NCBI RefSeq assembly: GCF_006345805.1
Contig: NC_043001.1
Span: 14,756,001-14,820,000, forward strand
Length of the DNA stretch: 64,000 nt
Direction: 5' to 3'
DNA from: Octopus sinensis
Taxonomy: Eukaryota
Position 1 is the first letter of the stretch. Each line of letters starts with the position of its first letter. Position numbers and translations under genes: made by a program. Of this stretch, positions 12,371 through 22,473 are shown in pieces. The notes beneath the pieces were generated by a model. That model ran no database searches. It saw nothing but the letters and a program-made list of their open reading frames with translations, and had not been told where the DNA came from.

Positions 12371-12371
<1 letters not shown>
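12270..12371 (-). mobile_element. Mariner-type terminal fragment
   Basis: Minus strand TA|CGAGGGGCTGTTGAAAAGTTC, a mariner-like TIR next to (TA)n. Confidence 0.55.
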
Positions 12372-12419
<48 letters not shown>

Positions 12420-12420
12420 T

Positions 12421-12618
12421 CATCATCATTGTTCGACCGTGGTCGAGACAATGGAATTTACCATGCTACGCCAGACTTCACAGTCCATCATAGCATTACG
12501 GAGGTCCTGTTGCTGGATGCCTGTATCCCTGGAGATTACATCAGGGTAGGAGAGTGTGCGCCCTCTGGTATTGCGAGTAGATGGCTTCCAGAGGAGAAGA
12601 GTAGAAATTGCCTCGATA
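12421..12618 (-). mobile_element. 3' end of an RTE-clade LINE
   Basis: Translation LLLWKPSTRNTRGRTLSYPDVISRDTGIQQQDLRNAMMDCEVWRSMV followed by a (GAT)n tail. Confidence 0.75.
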
Positions 12619-12705
12619 CATACATACATACATATACACACACACATAGGTATACACATACATATATACACAGATAAATACTCAAATATATATGTGTGTG
12701 CGTGT

Positions 12706-12751
<46 letters not shown>

Positions 12752-13169
12752 AATAAAAGAAGACCATTACTTCTGTCAGTAATGGAAGGTTGAAAAAGCG
12801 ATGAGTAAAATTTGACTTCCACCTCTCCATAAAAAGTAAAATTTAGAATTATTGGAAACACGGCACTTTGAGTGGAGGTCATGTTTTGTTTTTTCGTTTT
12901 TTTTTTCTTTTGTGCGTATGAAGTTGGTTGTAATAAATACCAAATTTAATAGTAAAAAAAAAAAAAGCTTTATAAGTTATTGATTTTTGATACGATGAGT
13001 GAGTCAATAAATTTGAGATTGTCTGTTAGATAAATGACAAACGAGGCGCGATAGATTTCCACATTTTCCCGAATGAAAACTGTTTTATTTTGGGATGTTA
13101 TATAACAGAGACACACAAAGCATTAGCTGGGTGTTTAGTTATGTACGCTGCACACGCTCAAATACACAT

Positions 13170-13225
<56 letters not shown>

Positions 13226-13228
<3 letters not shown>

Positions 13229-13875
13229 CATACTCTGGGATATGCCGATACACAAACCATACTCTGGGATATGCCGATACTAAAACCATACTCTGGGATA
13301 TGCCGATACACAAACCATACTCTGGGATATGCCGATACTAAAACCATACTCTGGGATATGCCGATACACAAACCATACTCTGGGATATGCCGATACACAT
13401 AAAACCATACTCTGGGATATGCCGATACACACAGATAGAGAAATTAAGGCCAACAGACCAGATATAGTTGTCAGAGACCATGAAGAAAAACGATGCTTTC
13501 TAATTGATGTATCAGTACCGGCAGATGACAACGTGTCTCTAAAAGAAATGGAGAAACTCTCAAAATACAAAGACCTGGAAATAGAGGTAACTAGAATGTG
13601 GAATCTGAAAACAGAAACAATTCCTATCATAGTAGGTGCATTAGGCATGATAAAAAAATATTCAGACAAATACATAACAAAAACACCAGGACTTACAAAC
13701 ACATATAACATACAGAAAATTTCACTACTAGGCACTGCACACATCCTACGCAGAACACTTTCCATACAATAACCATCAGAGCATCACAACAAATCACAGC
13801 ACATACCCAAGGCACACAGAGCTGCGCTCGGTAGTGAAGTGAAAGCACGCTATAAAAATAAAAATAAAACTACTG
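13226..13875 (+). mobile_element. 5'-truncated R4/Dong-clade non-LTR retrotransposon in (TAA)n, with seven 5' tandem repeats of ~29 bp
   Basis: Open frame TILWDMPIHTDREIKANRPDIVVRDHEEKRCFLIDVSVP...EKLSKYKDL...IPIIVGALG (PD-(D/E)xK restriction-like endonuclease); (TAA)n on both sides. Confidence 0.9.
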
Positions 13876-13896
13876 AATAATAATAATAATAATAAT

Positions 13897-13997
13897 AAGT
13901 ACTAGGCTTACAAAGAATAAGTCCTGGGGTCGATTTGCTCGACTAAAGGCGGTGCTCCAGCACGGCCGCAGTCAAATGACTGAAACAAGTAAAAGAG

Positions 13998-13998
<1 letters not shown>
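13897..13998 (+). mobile_element. CORE-SINE tail fragment
   Basis: AGTACTAGGCTTACAAAGAATAAG...GACTGAAACAAGTAAAAGAG. Confidence 0.8.
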
Positions 13999-14045
<47 letters not shown>

Positions 14046-14057
14046 ATATATATATAA

Positions 14058-14310
14058 CGGGAAGCTTTATGAAAATAAACAAAAGACGAAGGCAGGTGGA
14101 GTACAAACAAACAATTGTATTAGTATGGCGCTCAGGAATATAAATAAAACAAGTCTTTTACGTTTCGAGCCTACGCTCTTCAACAGAAAGATACACAGAA
14201 AAGAAACACGGAGAGAAAAAAAAATGCGTGCAGAAGCTAGCGAATTAGCATGGCGATCTGATTCCGGCCAGAAGTCAAAGATCAAACGTGAGACGCAAGA
14301 GCGAAAATAG
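14058..14310 (-). mobile_element. Penelope-like terminal-repeat family B fragment
   Basis: Homologous to 23596-23765 and 42783-42960; abuts (TA)n; contains an HHR variant. Confidence 0.65.
14155..14190 (-). ncRNA. Type I hammerhead with variant core CUGUUGA
   Basis: CUUU CUGUUGA A GAGC-GUAG-GCUC GAAA CGUA/AAAG. Confidence 0.65.
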
Positions 14311-14345
14311 GGGAATATATAAATACACACACACACACACACACT

Positions 14346-14841
14346 TAGTAGTACCTCCGTTTTCGAACAACTCTGATCACGAATAAATCAAGTTGTGAAT
14401 CTTTTCGGTTTGAACGGCAGTTTTTAACATAATTTCTAGGTAACTAAAATATTTTAAACTTCGTATACTGGTAGAATGTGTTTATAAAACATCTTTTTCT
14501 CTTGGCTTTATTGAAAAAATTCTATAGTTTGTAAGATATTAGTTGTTTTTTTTCTGCAATTTCAACCAATCAATGACGTCTATTGAGGTAAAAAAAAAAC
14601 ATTCTGTGCCGTATGAATATGTCCCTCGTTTAAGAAACAGATTGGGTTTATTTACATTTCTGAAGAAAAAAAGATACCCTTCTTCCCACCTCTAACCCTA
14701 ACCCTAACCCTAATACATTGAAATGCAATAGATCGATACTAGGGTCATAATTATGGGTGACAATTTCATATGACACCGCTAGAAAAAACTGCCGTTCAAA
14801 CCGAAAAGATCCCGAGTTGTTCGTAAACCGAGGTACTTCTG
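14346..14841. mobile_element. ~72-bp pogo/Tc1-like mini-MITE split by a later MITE
   Basis: Ends TAGTAGTACCTCCGTTTTCGAACAACT and AGTTGTTCGTAAACCGAGGTACTTCTG|TA. Confidence 0.6.
14397..14812. mobile_element. GGATC-ended MITE with 8-bp TSD (Merlin-like), related to the 6221 copy
   Basis: TIR (G/A)ATCTTTTCGGTTTGAACGGCAGTTTTT; TSD CAAGTTGT/CGAGTTGT (one transition at a CpG); CCCTAA repeats at 14692-14713. Confidence 0.85.
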
Positions 14842-15160
14842 TACAAACATATGTATGTATAATCACTCAAACGCTCACACCTATACTCATGTGCACGCGA
14901 TCAGACGATCTTGACTGTGTCAGATTTTGGCCCATGGCCAGTCATGTTGGTGAGAAAATGTCAGTCAGTTTACGTCGACACATGTAATGGACTGGTTTTT
15001 ATTTTATTTTATCGACCTACAAAAAGATGAAAGCAAAGTTCGCTTCGGCACCATTTGATCTCGGGAGGTAAAGCGAAAAACAAAAAAACAAAAAATCCAC
15101 TAGGCGTTTTGTTCGGCGCGGTAACGATTCTGCCTCATGTTAATGATGATGATGATGGTG

Positions 15161-15208
<48 letters not shown>

Positions 15209-15622
15209 GGCCCAGAAGTGGCTGTGTGGTAAGTAGCTTGCAAACCAACCACATGGTTCCGGGTTCAGTCCCACTGCTTGGCATCTTGGGCAAGTGTCTT
15301 CTACTATAGCCCCGGGCCGACCAAAGCCTTGTGAGTGGATTTGGTAGACGGAAACTGAAAGAAGCCTGTCGTATATATGTATATATATGTATATGTATGT
15401 GTGTGTGTGTTTGTGTGTCTGTGTTTGTACCCCTAGCATTGCTTGACAACCGATGCTGGTGTGTTTACGTCCCCGTCACTTAGCGGTTCGGCAAAAGAGA
15501 CCGATAGAATAAGTACTGGGCTTACAAAGAATAAATCTCGGGGTCGATTTGCTCGACTAAAGGCGGTGCTCCAGCATGGCCGCAGTCAAATGACTGAAAC
15601 ATGTAAATGAGTAAAGAGAGAG

Positions 15623-15623
<1 letters not shown>
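15209..15623 (+). mobile_element. Full CORE-type SINE within (TAT)n
   Basis: Same head, CORE and tail as the 10994 copy; (TAT)n on both sides. Confidence 0.9.
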
Positions 15624-15661
<38 letters not shown>

Positions 15662-15662
15662 T

Positions 15663-15828
15663 TCTACTCTAGGCACAAGGCCTTGAAAAATTTTTGAGGA
15701 AGCGGGCTAATCGATTATATCGACCCCAGTGCGCAACTGGTACTTGATTTATCGACGCTGAAAGGATGAAAGGCAAAGTCGACCTCGGCGGAATTTGAAC
15801 TCAGAACGTAACAGCAGACGAAATACAC
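15663..15828 (-). mobile_element. Meta-like SINE body with an alternative tail
   Basis: GGATGAAAGGCAAAGTCGACCTCGGCGGAATTTGAACTCAG shared with the family; tail CTACTCTAGGCACAAGGCC differs. Confidence 0.75.
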
Positions 15829-15927
15829 CTAATAATGATAAACATGTGCACTATAGGCACAAGGCCTGAAATAGGGGGGGGAATGGAGTTAATAGTATAT
15901 ATATATTAGTATATATATATATATTAA

Positions 15928-16057
15928 GGGCATTACTACATATAAATGCCTCACGCAAAGTCAAAGCTACCGTAATAAATAGTGTACACTATTTATTATG
16001 GTAGTTTTCACTTTAATAGTCCCTCATAGCCTGAGGCATTTATGTGTAGTAATGCCC
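15928..16057. mobile_element. 130-bp near-perfect palindromic MITE flanked by TTAA (Kolobok-like termini)
   Basis: TTAA|GGGCATTACTACATATAAATGCCTCA ... TGAGGCATTTATGTGTAGTAATGCCC|TTAA with a central palindrome around AGTGT|ACACT. Confidence 0.75.
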
Positions 16058-16189
16058 TTAATACAAATAGATATATTTAAAGGGAATAATTATAATTTTT
16101 CGCTTATGAGGTTTTTCACGCTGACTACTTGATTAATTCTTATAATGATTTTATCCTATTTAAAAATTATATATGTATATATATATATA

Positions 16190-16566
16190 TAATATAAGCG
16201 GGACCAGCCATCTGAATGTGGCTAGGGACAGGGCGGGGTGGTGGGGGTGTTACTGATGCATTTAGCCCCAGGCGACTATAGACGTCACCAGGAGAGCCGA
16301 CACCATCACGGTGTCCTTGCTAGCCTGTAAAGGGAGATCAGCCTCCCCGAAGATACGGATGCTACACACGGACCGGTTTCGAGGTATTGCCTCTCGTCAG
16401 CGCATGGCAAACACGCATGGCAAACACGCAGGCTAGCAAGGACACCGTGATGGTGTCGGCTCTCCTGGTGACGTCTATAGTCGCCTGGGGCTAAATGCAT
16501 CAGTAACACCCCCACCACCCCGCCCTGTCCCTAGCCACATTCAGATGGCTGGTCCCGCTTATATTA
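16190..16566 (-). mobile_element. GC-rich fold-back element: identical 138-bp inverted arms around a 101-bp loop containing an HHR (Penelope-type inverted insertion)
   Basis: 16190-16327 is the exact reverse complement of 16429-16566; the loop has a 13-bp tandem duplication (16402-16427). Confidence 0.85.
16365..16406 (-). ncRNA. Canonical minimal type I hammerhead ribozyme
   Basis: Minus strand CAUGCG CUGACGA GAGG-CAAUA-CCUC GAAA CCGG UC/CGUGUG: all core residues, 6-bp stem I with two G-U pairs, palindromic ACCGGU stem III, GUC cleavage between 16371 and 16370. Confidence 0.9.
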
Positions 16567-16729
16567 CAGAGCGTTACTGTTTATACCTCGCTTAGAGATT
16601 TATTATTGTTATATATATATAATATATATATATAATATATATATATATAATATAAATTAATAATAAATAAAACATATGCATATATACATACATATATGTA
16701 CGTACCTACCTTTACATGTATATATACAT

Positions 16730-17345
16730 GCATATATGGGTACAGGACACCAAAAAAACGCCGAACACAATGAGAAACGAAAACAAACACAAAACCAAGG
16801 AAATGGACATTTTTCTTAAACAACGAAAAAATAGAGTACAGGACATACAATACAAGGAAAATTCCCCTTCTTCAGTCGCCTTTGTTTCATCTACTCCACG
16901 TTTCGAAGGTCAAGGCGATACATGACTTTAATGAAACTTTTCTTCCCGCGAAAATTAAATTAAATAAAATTTGAGATTTTTTTGCGGAGGGGTAAAAATG
17001 GTAACAAAAACAGGACAGTAACGACAGTACAAAATATAAACAGTAAAAGACAGGACACGGAGAATAACAGTAACACAAACAAGAAGGGCTGTTAAGCCGA
17101 ACGAGATAAAATTTTTTGCGAACGCTATTTTTTGAGAACGGCGAGGGAGCAGCAGATGTGCCGTCTCTACTTGAAGGTAGCCAGGAGAAGAAAGACAGTA
17201 GTAGCCTTCTCATCAGGTGTCCGCGACGGGAGGGAGGAGGAGGAGTAAGAGAAAGGGAGAGAAAAACAGGGAATGGTTGTAGAGAAAAGAATGAAGAATG
17301 AGAGAGAGGGGGGGGGGAGACAGTAAGGTAGAAGAAAAGGAAAGC
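16730..17345 (-). mobile_element. Penelope-like terminal-repeat fragment (family D)
   Basis: Same strand asymmetry and TA-tract junction as families A-C; CGAAACGT...GACTGAAGA on minus at 16866-16905; single copy here. Confidence 0.4.
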
Positions 17346-17442
17346 CAATAGAATGAAGGCTGAGAAAGGGAATTGTTACACTAGATAAATAACAGAGTCA
17401 ATAATATCTTTGCAAATATTTTCTCCTTGAATTATTTGATCC

Positions 17443-17479
<37 letters not shown>

Positions 17480-17744
17480 AATACACACACATATTTGCAC
17501 TCAACTTGCAGATGCATGTGTTACCAGTTGAAAGCTCCGCAGAGTATTCGAATACCGAAAGTAGAGTAATATGCTGCAAAGACATTACCAAAAAAAAAAA
17601 CTGTTCCCCAGAATTTCACGTTTCCGTTCGTCCGATGTTTTTGCAGCTTTAATAAAAAAGTGTGCGTGTGTGTGCATCTGCATGTGTGGTGTGTGTGTGT
17701 GTGTGTAGACACCTATGAACATATACATGTTAGGTAAGGTGGTG

Positions 17745-18180
17745 AAAATAGCACTCGAATACTAAAGGTAGAGTGGAAGAATAAAATAATGTTTTATTGA
17801 AGACTTAAGAAGATATAAGCTATTTATTACTCAGAGTTTCATGAAAGCGATCATCAGATATTCGTAAATATATAAATATTCCGCAATTAAACCGCCTTAC
17901 TTCATTTACGCGCGAAGCTATAATATTCAGAATTGTTTCTTTGATTGTAAGAAAAGAGCCGAGTGTTACCAATTAGCAATAGAATTGGGATTTTCTTGGA
18001 CCGAGGGAAATAATAAGTTCCATCAGGTTTGACATGTTTGCTCATAAATAACTGCTATAAAACACGTTTTCCCTGAGAACTTTGTGACTTCAAAACTTGG
18101 AGGTACAGATACCACTTGCGAATTGTTTAAAGAGACGTAAAAGAAAGACACCACATAAACGAGCCGTCTTCACATGTCTT
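17745..18180 (-). mobile_element. Probable decayed Penelope 3' region
   Basis: Minus CTGATGA...GAAACTCTGAGTA (17826-17861) followed by AATAAA; stem II does not pair. Confidence 0.35.
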
Positions 18181-18425
18181 ACTCTAATTTTTGCCTTTCA
18201 TCTTTAAATCTCTCTCTCTCTCTCTCACGCTCTATTTTACTACCTCTGTTTAACGCCTACAATCGCGTTCGTAATTACTGACGTAACTAAGGCGTCGAGT
18301 TCAAATTTCGTCGAGGTCGACTTTGCCTTTCATCCTTTCGGGGTCGATAAATCAAGTACCAGTTGAGTACTGGAGTCGATAAAGTCAACTAGCTCCCTTC
18401 CCGCAACTTTTAGGTTTTGTGCCTA

Positions 18426-18635
18426 TCTCTGTTACTCTTTTACTTGTTTCAGTCATTTGACTGTGGCCATGCTGGAGCACCGCCTTTAGTCGAGCAAATC
18501 GACCCCAGGACTTATTCTCTTGTAAGCCTAGTACTTAGTCTATCGGTCTCTTTTGCAGAACCACTAAGTGACGGGGACGTAAACACACCAGCATCGGTTG
18601 TCAAGCAATGTTGGGGTAACAAACACAAACACACA

Positions 18636-18691
<56 letters not shown>

Positions 18692-18867
18692 CATACACAT
18701 ATATACGACGTGCTTCTTCAGTTTCCGTCTACCAAATCCACTCACAAGGCTTTGGTCGGCCCGAGGCCATAGTAGAAGACACTTGCCCAAGGTGCCACGA
18801 AGTGGGACTGAACTCGGAACCATGTGGTTGGTAAGCAAGCTACTTACCACACAGCCACTCCTGCGCC
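18426..18867 (-). mobile_element. Full CORE-type SINE
   Basis: Reverse complement of the 10994 family; adjoins a Meta-like SINE fragment at 18296-18425. Confidence 0.9.
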
Positions 18868-18978
18868 TAAACCAAATTGATTAAAAAATCTGTGATTGAA
18901 ACTAAATAGATCCAGTTTCTCTTTCAGTTTTGTAGCAGATATTTATGAAAATCTATATGACAGATCGAAGTACTTATT

Positions 18979-19581
18979 TACCTATTTCTTTACTACCCAC
19001 AGGGGGCTAAACACAGAGAGGACAAACAAGGACAGACAAACGGATTAAGTCGATTACATCGACCCCAGTGCGTAAGTGGTACTTATTTAATCGACCCCGA
19101 AAGGATGAAAGGCAAAGTCGACCTCGGCGGAATTTGAACTCAGAAAGTAGCGGCAGACGAAATACCTATTTCTTTACTGCCCACAAGGGGCTAAACACAG
19201 AGGGGACAAACAAGGACAGACAAACGGATTAAGTCGATTATATCAACCTCAGTGCATAACTGGTACTTATGTAATCGACCCCGAAAGAATGAAAGGCAAA
19301 GTTGACCTCAGCAGAATCTGAACTCAGAACGTAACAACAGACAAAATACCTATTTCTTTACTACCCACAATGGGCTAAACACAGAGAGGACAAACAAGGA
19401 CAGACAAACGGATGAAGTCGATTATATCGACCTCAGTGCATAACTGGTACTTATGTAATCGACCCCGAAAGAATGAAAGGCAAAGTCGACCTCGGCGGAA
19501 TTTGAACTCAGAACGTAACGGCAGACGAAATACCGCTAAGCATTTCGCCCGGCGTGCTAACGATTCTGCCAGCTCGCCACC
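18979..19581 (-). mobile_element. Meta-like SINE trimer: one head plus three 184-bp bodies
   Basis: Units 18979-19162, 19163-19346 and 19347-19530; head 19531-19581. Confidence 0.9.
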
Positions 19582-19879
19582 AGTTTCACAATATCTTGCT
19601 GGACTTGATGTAGACTCTGTTGTAACCCTGTGAAATCCCGGATACATTCGGATACATTCGGCCACATGTTTTGCCAAACATTTATAGGTTTCACTCTATG
19701 ACTCGGTTATGCCATTCCTTGCATCAAATGTTGACCGTTTTCCCCAGATGTCTCTGACCATAGGCTGGTCTTCCACGTCAGATACTTCTATGAGTTGTTG
19801 CAAACTTCTTTTCCCTTCTCTCTGCTCCATTGAATAAAGCAAAAAGCTGTGTTCGTGGGGGTTAAATTCCACTCTCACA

Positions 19880-20380
19880 TCAGTGAAAAGTTCATTTGAA
19901 GTTCACTGGGAAGCTTTGGTTGTCCCCCACCTCCACCGCTGTTGGTCTTTTTATGTCCCCGTAATGAAGCGTTTCAGCAAGATAGACCAATAGAATAAGT
20001 ATCAGGCTTTACATAAAAAATAATCAGGTACTATTTAAGAAGAGTGGTCCCGGTGCGCGCACTCGCGTAACGCGCATCCGCGCTAGCTAGTCGTGACTAG
20101 TCGATCCTTACTTTGTGTTTTTGTGTTTTATTTACTTTGTTTAAAAAATGATTTATTTTGTGTTTTATATATTTTGCTAGGCAGTCATTGTAGGATCGAC
20201 TAGTCACGACTAGCTAGCGCGGATGCGCGAGTACGCGAGTGCGCGCACACCGGAACCACTCTTCTTAAATAGTACCAAATAATCAGTACAGGGGGTAGAA
20301 TAGTTCAACTAAAATTCTTCAAGACGTTGCCCCAGCATGGTCGCAGTCTATTGACTGAAAACAAGTAAAAGATAACAGAT
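19880..20380 (+). mobile_element. Diverged CORE-SINE 3' half interrupted by a MITE
   Basis: TTTGGTTGTCCCCCAC...TAGAATAAGT upstream; GCCCCAGCATGGTCGCAGTC...CAAGTAAAAGATA downstream. Confidence 0.75.
20027..20276. mobile_element. 250-bp GGTAC-ended MITE with ~82-bp CpG-rich TIRs and 9-bp TSD (Merlin or Mutator)
   Basis: GGTACTATTTAAGAAGAGTGG...CCACTCTTCTTAAATAGTACC; exact TSD AAATAATCA (20018-20026, 20277-20285). Confidence 0.9.
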
Positions 20381-20659
20381 ATTCCTATGGAAGTAGAAAT
20401 ATAAATGAGAATACGAGAAGAACAGGAGAGTGGAATGGGAGGGAGTACAATGAAGCAAACGAGTGCCGAGAATAAGTCTGTGCGATTGGTTGTCACTCAG
20501 TGTAAGGGTGGAGGACGAAAAGCATAGGCGATGGGGAACTTCGGAAGATGATTTTATTTTTGCTTTTGAAATTAATATTTACGCGAGTTTTGGAAAGGGC
20601 AGAATCACAGACCGTGTCCCGAAATTAGGGATCGGTCACTTTTTGCGACTTAAGGGTAT

Positions 20660-21270
20660 GTTATCTATACAGTAAATGTATGTGTGTGTGTCTGTGTGTA
20701 TGTGTGTTTGTATGTATGTATGTATGTATGTATGTGTATGTATGTATGTGTGTATGTATGTGTATGTATGTATGTGTGTGTGTATATGTATGTATGTTCA
20801 TGTGTCTATATGTATGTGTGTGTGTATATGTATGTATGTTCATGTGTCTATGTATGTATGTATGTATGATGTATGTATGTGTGTGTGTATGTATGTAGGT
20901 ATGTATGTATGTATGTAGGTATGTATATATGTATGAATGTAGGTATGAGTGTGTGTATGTATGTAGGTATGTGTGTGTGTATGTATGTATGTGTGTTTGT
21001 GTGTATGTATGTATTTATGTATGTATGTATGTAGGTATGTATGTACGTATGTATGTATGTATGTGTGTAGGTATGTATGTATGTACGTATGTATGTAGGT
21101 ATGTATGTAGGTATGTATGTATGTGTGTATATGTATGTATGTATGTATGTGTGTGTGTGTATGCATGTATGTATGTATGTGCGTATGTATGTATGTATGT
21201 ATGTATGTATGTATGTATGTATGTAGTATGTATGTGTGTATGAATGTGTGTATGTGTATGTAGGTACGTC
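20660..21270. repeat. Compound (TATG)n/(TG)n microsatellite
   Basis: Direct inspection. Confidence 0.95.
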
Positions 21271-21952
21271 TCCTGAATTAGGTCAGAAATGCAAAGTCTT
21301 GATATTAAATATCAGCAGTAGAATTCACTTTTATTTTGGTAAGAAGCGGAGGTGGAGGTCAACGGAGTGTAATATTCTCTGAGAAAAGAAAACTGGTGTG
21401 AGAGAGAGAGAGAGAGAGAGAAAAGAGAGGACGTGTGTGTGAGACAGAGAGAGAGAAAAGAGAGGACGTGTGTGTGAGACAGAGAGAGAGAAAAGAGAGG
21501 ACGTGTGTGTGTGTATGAGAGAGAGAGAGAGATCTGAGGAGATATGGGGTGGGGGTGGCTAGGAGTTTATACATTTGAATGAGGAACAAACAGATTGTAT
21601 GTGTTAACGGAATGGGCTGGAAGTGGAGACTGAGACAGAAAGAGAAAGATAGATAAAGCGAGAGAGAGAGAGAGAAAGAAAAAAATAAAGAAAGATTAAG
21701 AGAGAAGGAGAGGAAGAAAGCGCGGGTAATAAATATTAGCCGAGTAAGCTAAACGTTTTACAGACGTCGTTGTTTTATAGGTTAGCTTCGTTAAGTCTTA
21801 AAGCTGAAGACATCCTAAAAACATAGTAACATTAACTTAAACTATTGCTTTTGTTTTTTGTTTATATGGAGGCGTGTCTGAATCATATATTGTTTAATCT
21901 CTCCTATCTGTTTACGACGACCAATGTACATTCTTGTACACATAGTAATTTT

Positions 21953-22473
21953 GTTGTGTCTGGAGAGAGTCATTTTCTTTTTGTGCCTTATATTGTAACA
22001 CACTCACCGGTGAAATTTCCACTTATTTCTTATTTTTATTTTCCTAAAGTTTTCGTTGCGTCTTGCAACCTTTTCAATGGTCTTCACTCTGTCAAGATAT
22101 GTAAATGAAAAGGTTGCAAGACGCAACGAAAATTTCAGGAAAATAAAAATAAGAAATAAGTGGAAATTTTACCGGTGAGTGTGTTACATTATAAGGCACA
22201 AAGGCGGCGAGCTGGCAGAAACGTTAGCACATCGGGCGAAATGCGTAGCCGTATTTCGTCTGCCGTTACGTTCTGGGTTCAAATTCCGCCGAGGTCGACT
22301 TTGCCTTTCATCCTTTCGGGGTCGATAAATTAAGTACCAGTTACGCACTGGAGTCGATGTAATCGATTTAATCTGTTTGTCTGTCCTTGTTTGTCCCCTC
22401 TGTGTTTAGCCCCTTGTGGGTAGTAAAGAAATATATAAGGCACTAAAAGAAAATGACTCTCCCCAGACACAAC
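21953..22473. mobile_element. Fold-back element with ~124-bp arms, 29-nt spacer and decayed HHR-like motif; right arm interrupted by a SINE
   Basis: 21953-22076 is the reverse complement of 22106-22199 plus 22444-22473 with few mismatches. Confidence 0.75.
22203..22433 (+). mobile_element. Meta-like tRNA SINE with 10-bp TSD
   Basis: TATAAGGCAC at 22190-22199 and 22434-22443. Confidence 0.92.

Noticed and set aside
13226-13432. CRISPR-like array of ~29-bp repeats
   Set aside because: No unique spacers, eukaryotic context, and the repeat is the 5' end of the adjacent LINE ORF
16190-16566. Simple Tc1/mariner MITE with TA TSD
   Set aside because: TA flanks are compatible, but the termini are not CAG/CGA-like and the loop holds a perfect HHR; kept only as the alternative hypothesis
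19600-19880. Possible R4/Dong RT-adjacent remnant (LLYSMEQREGKRSLQQL)
   Set aside because: Similarity to RLYxPRxxGGRGL is too weak to call without a search
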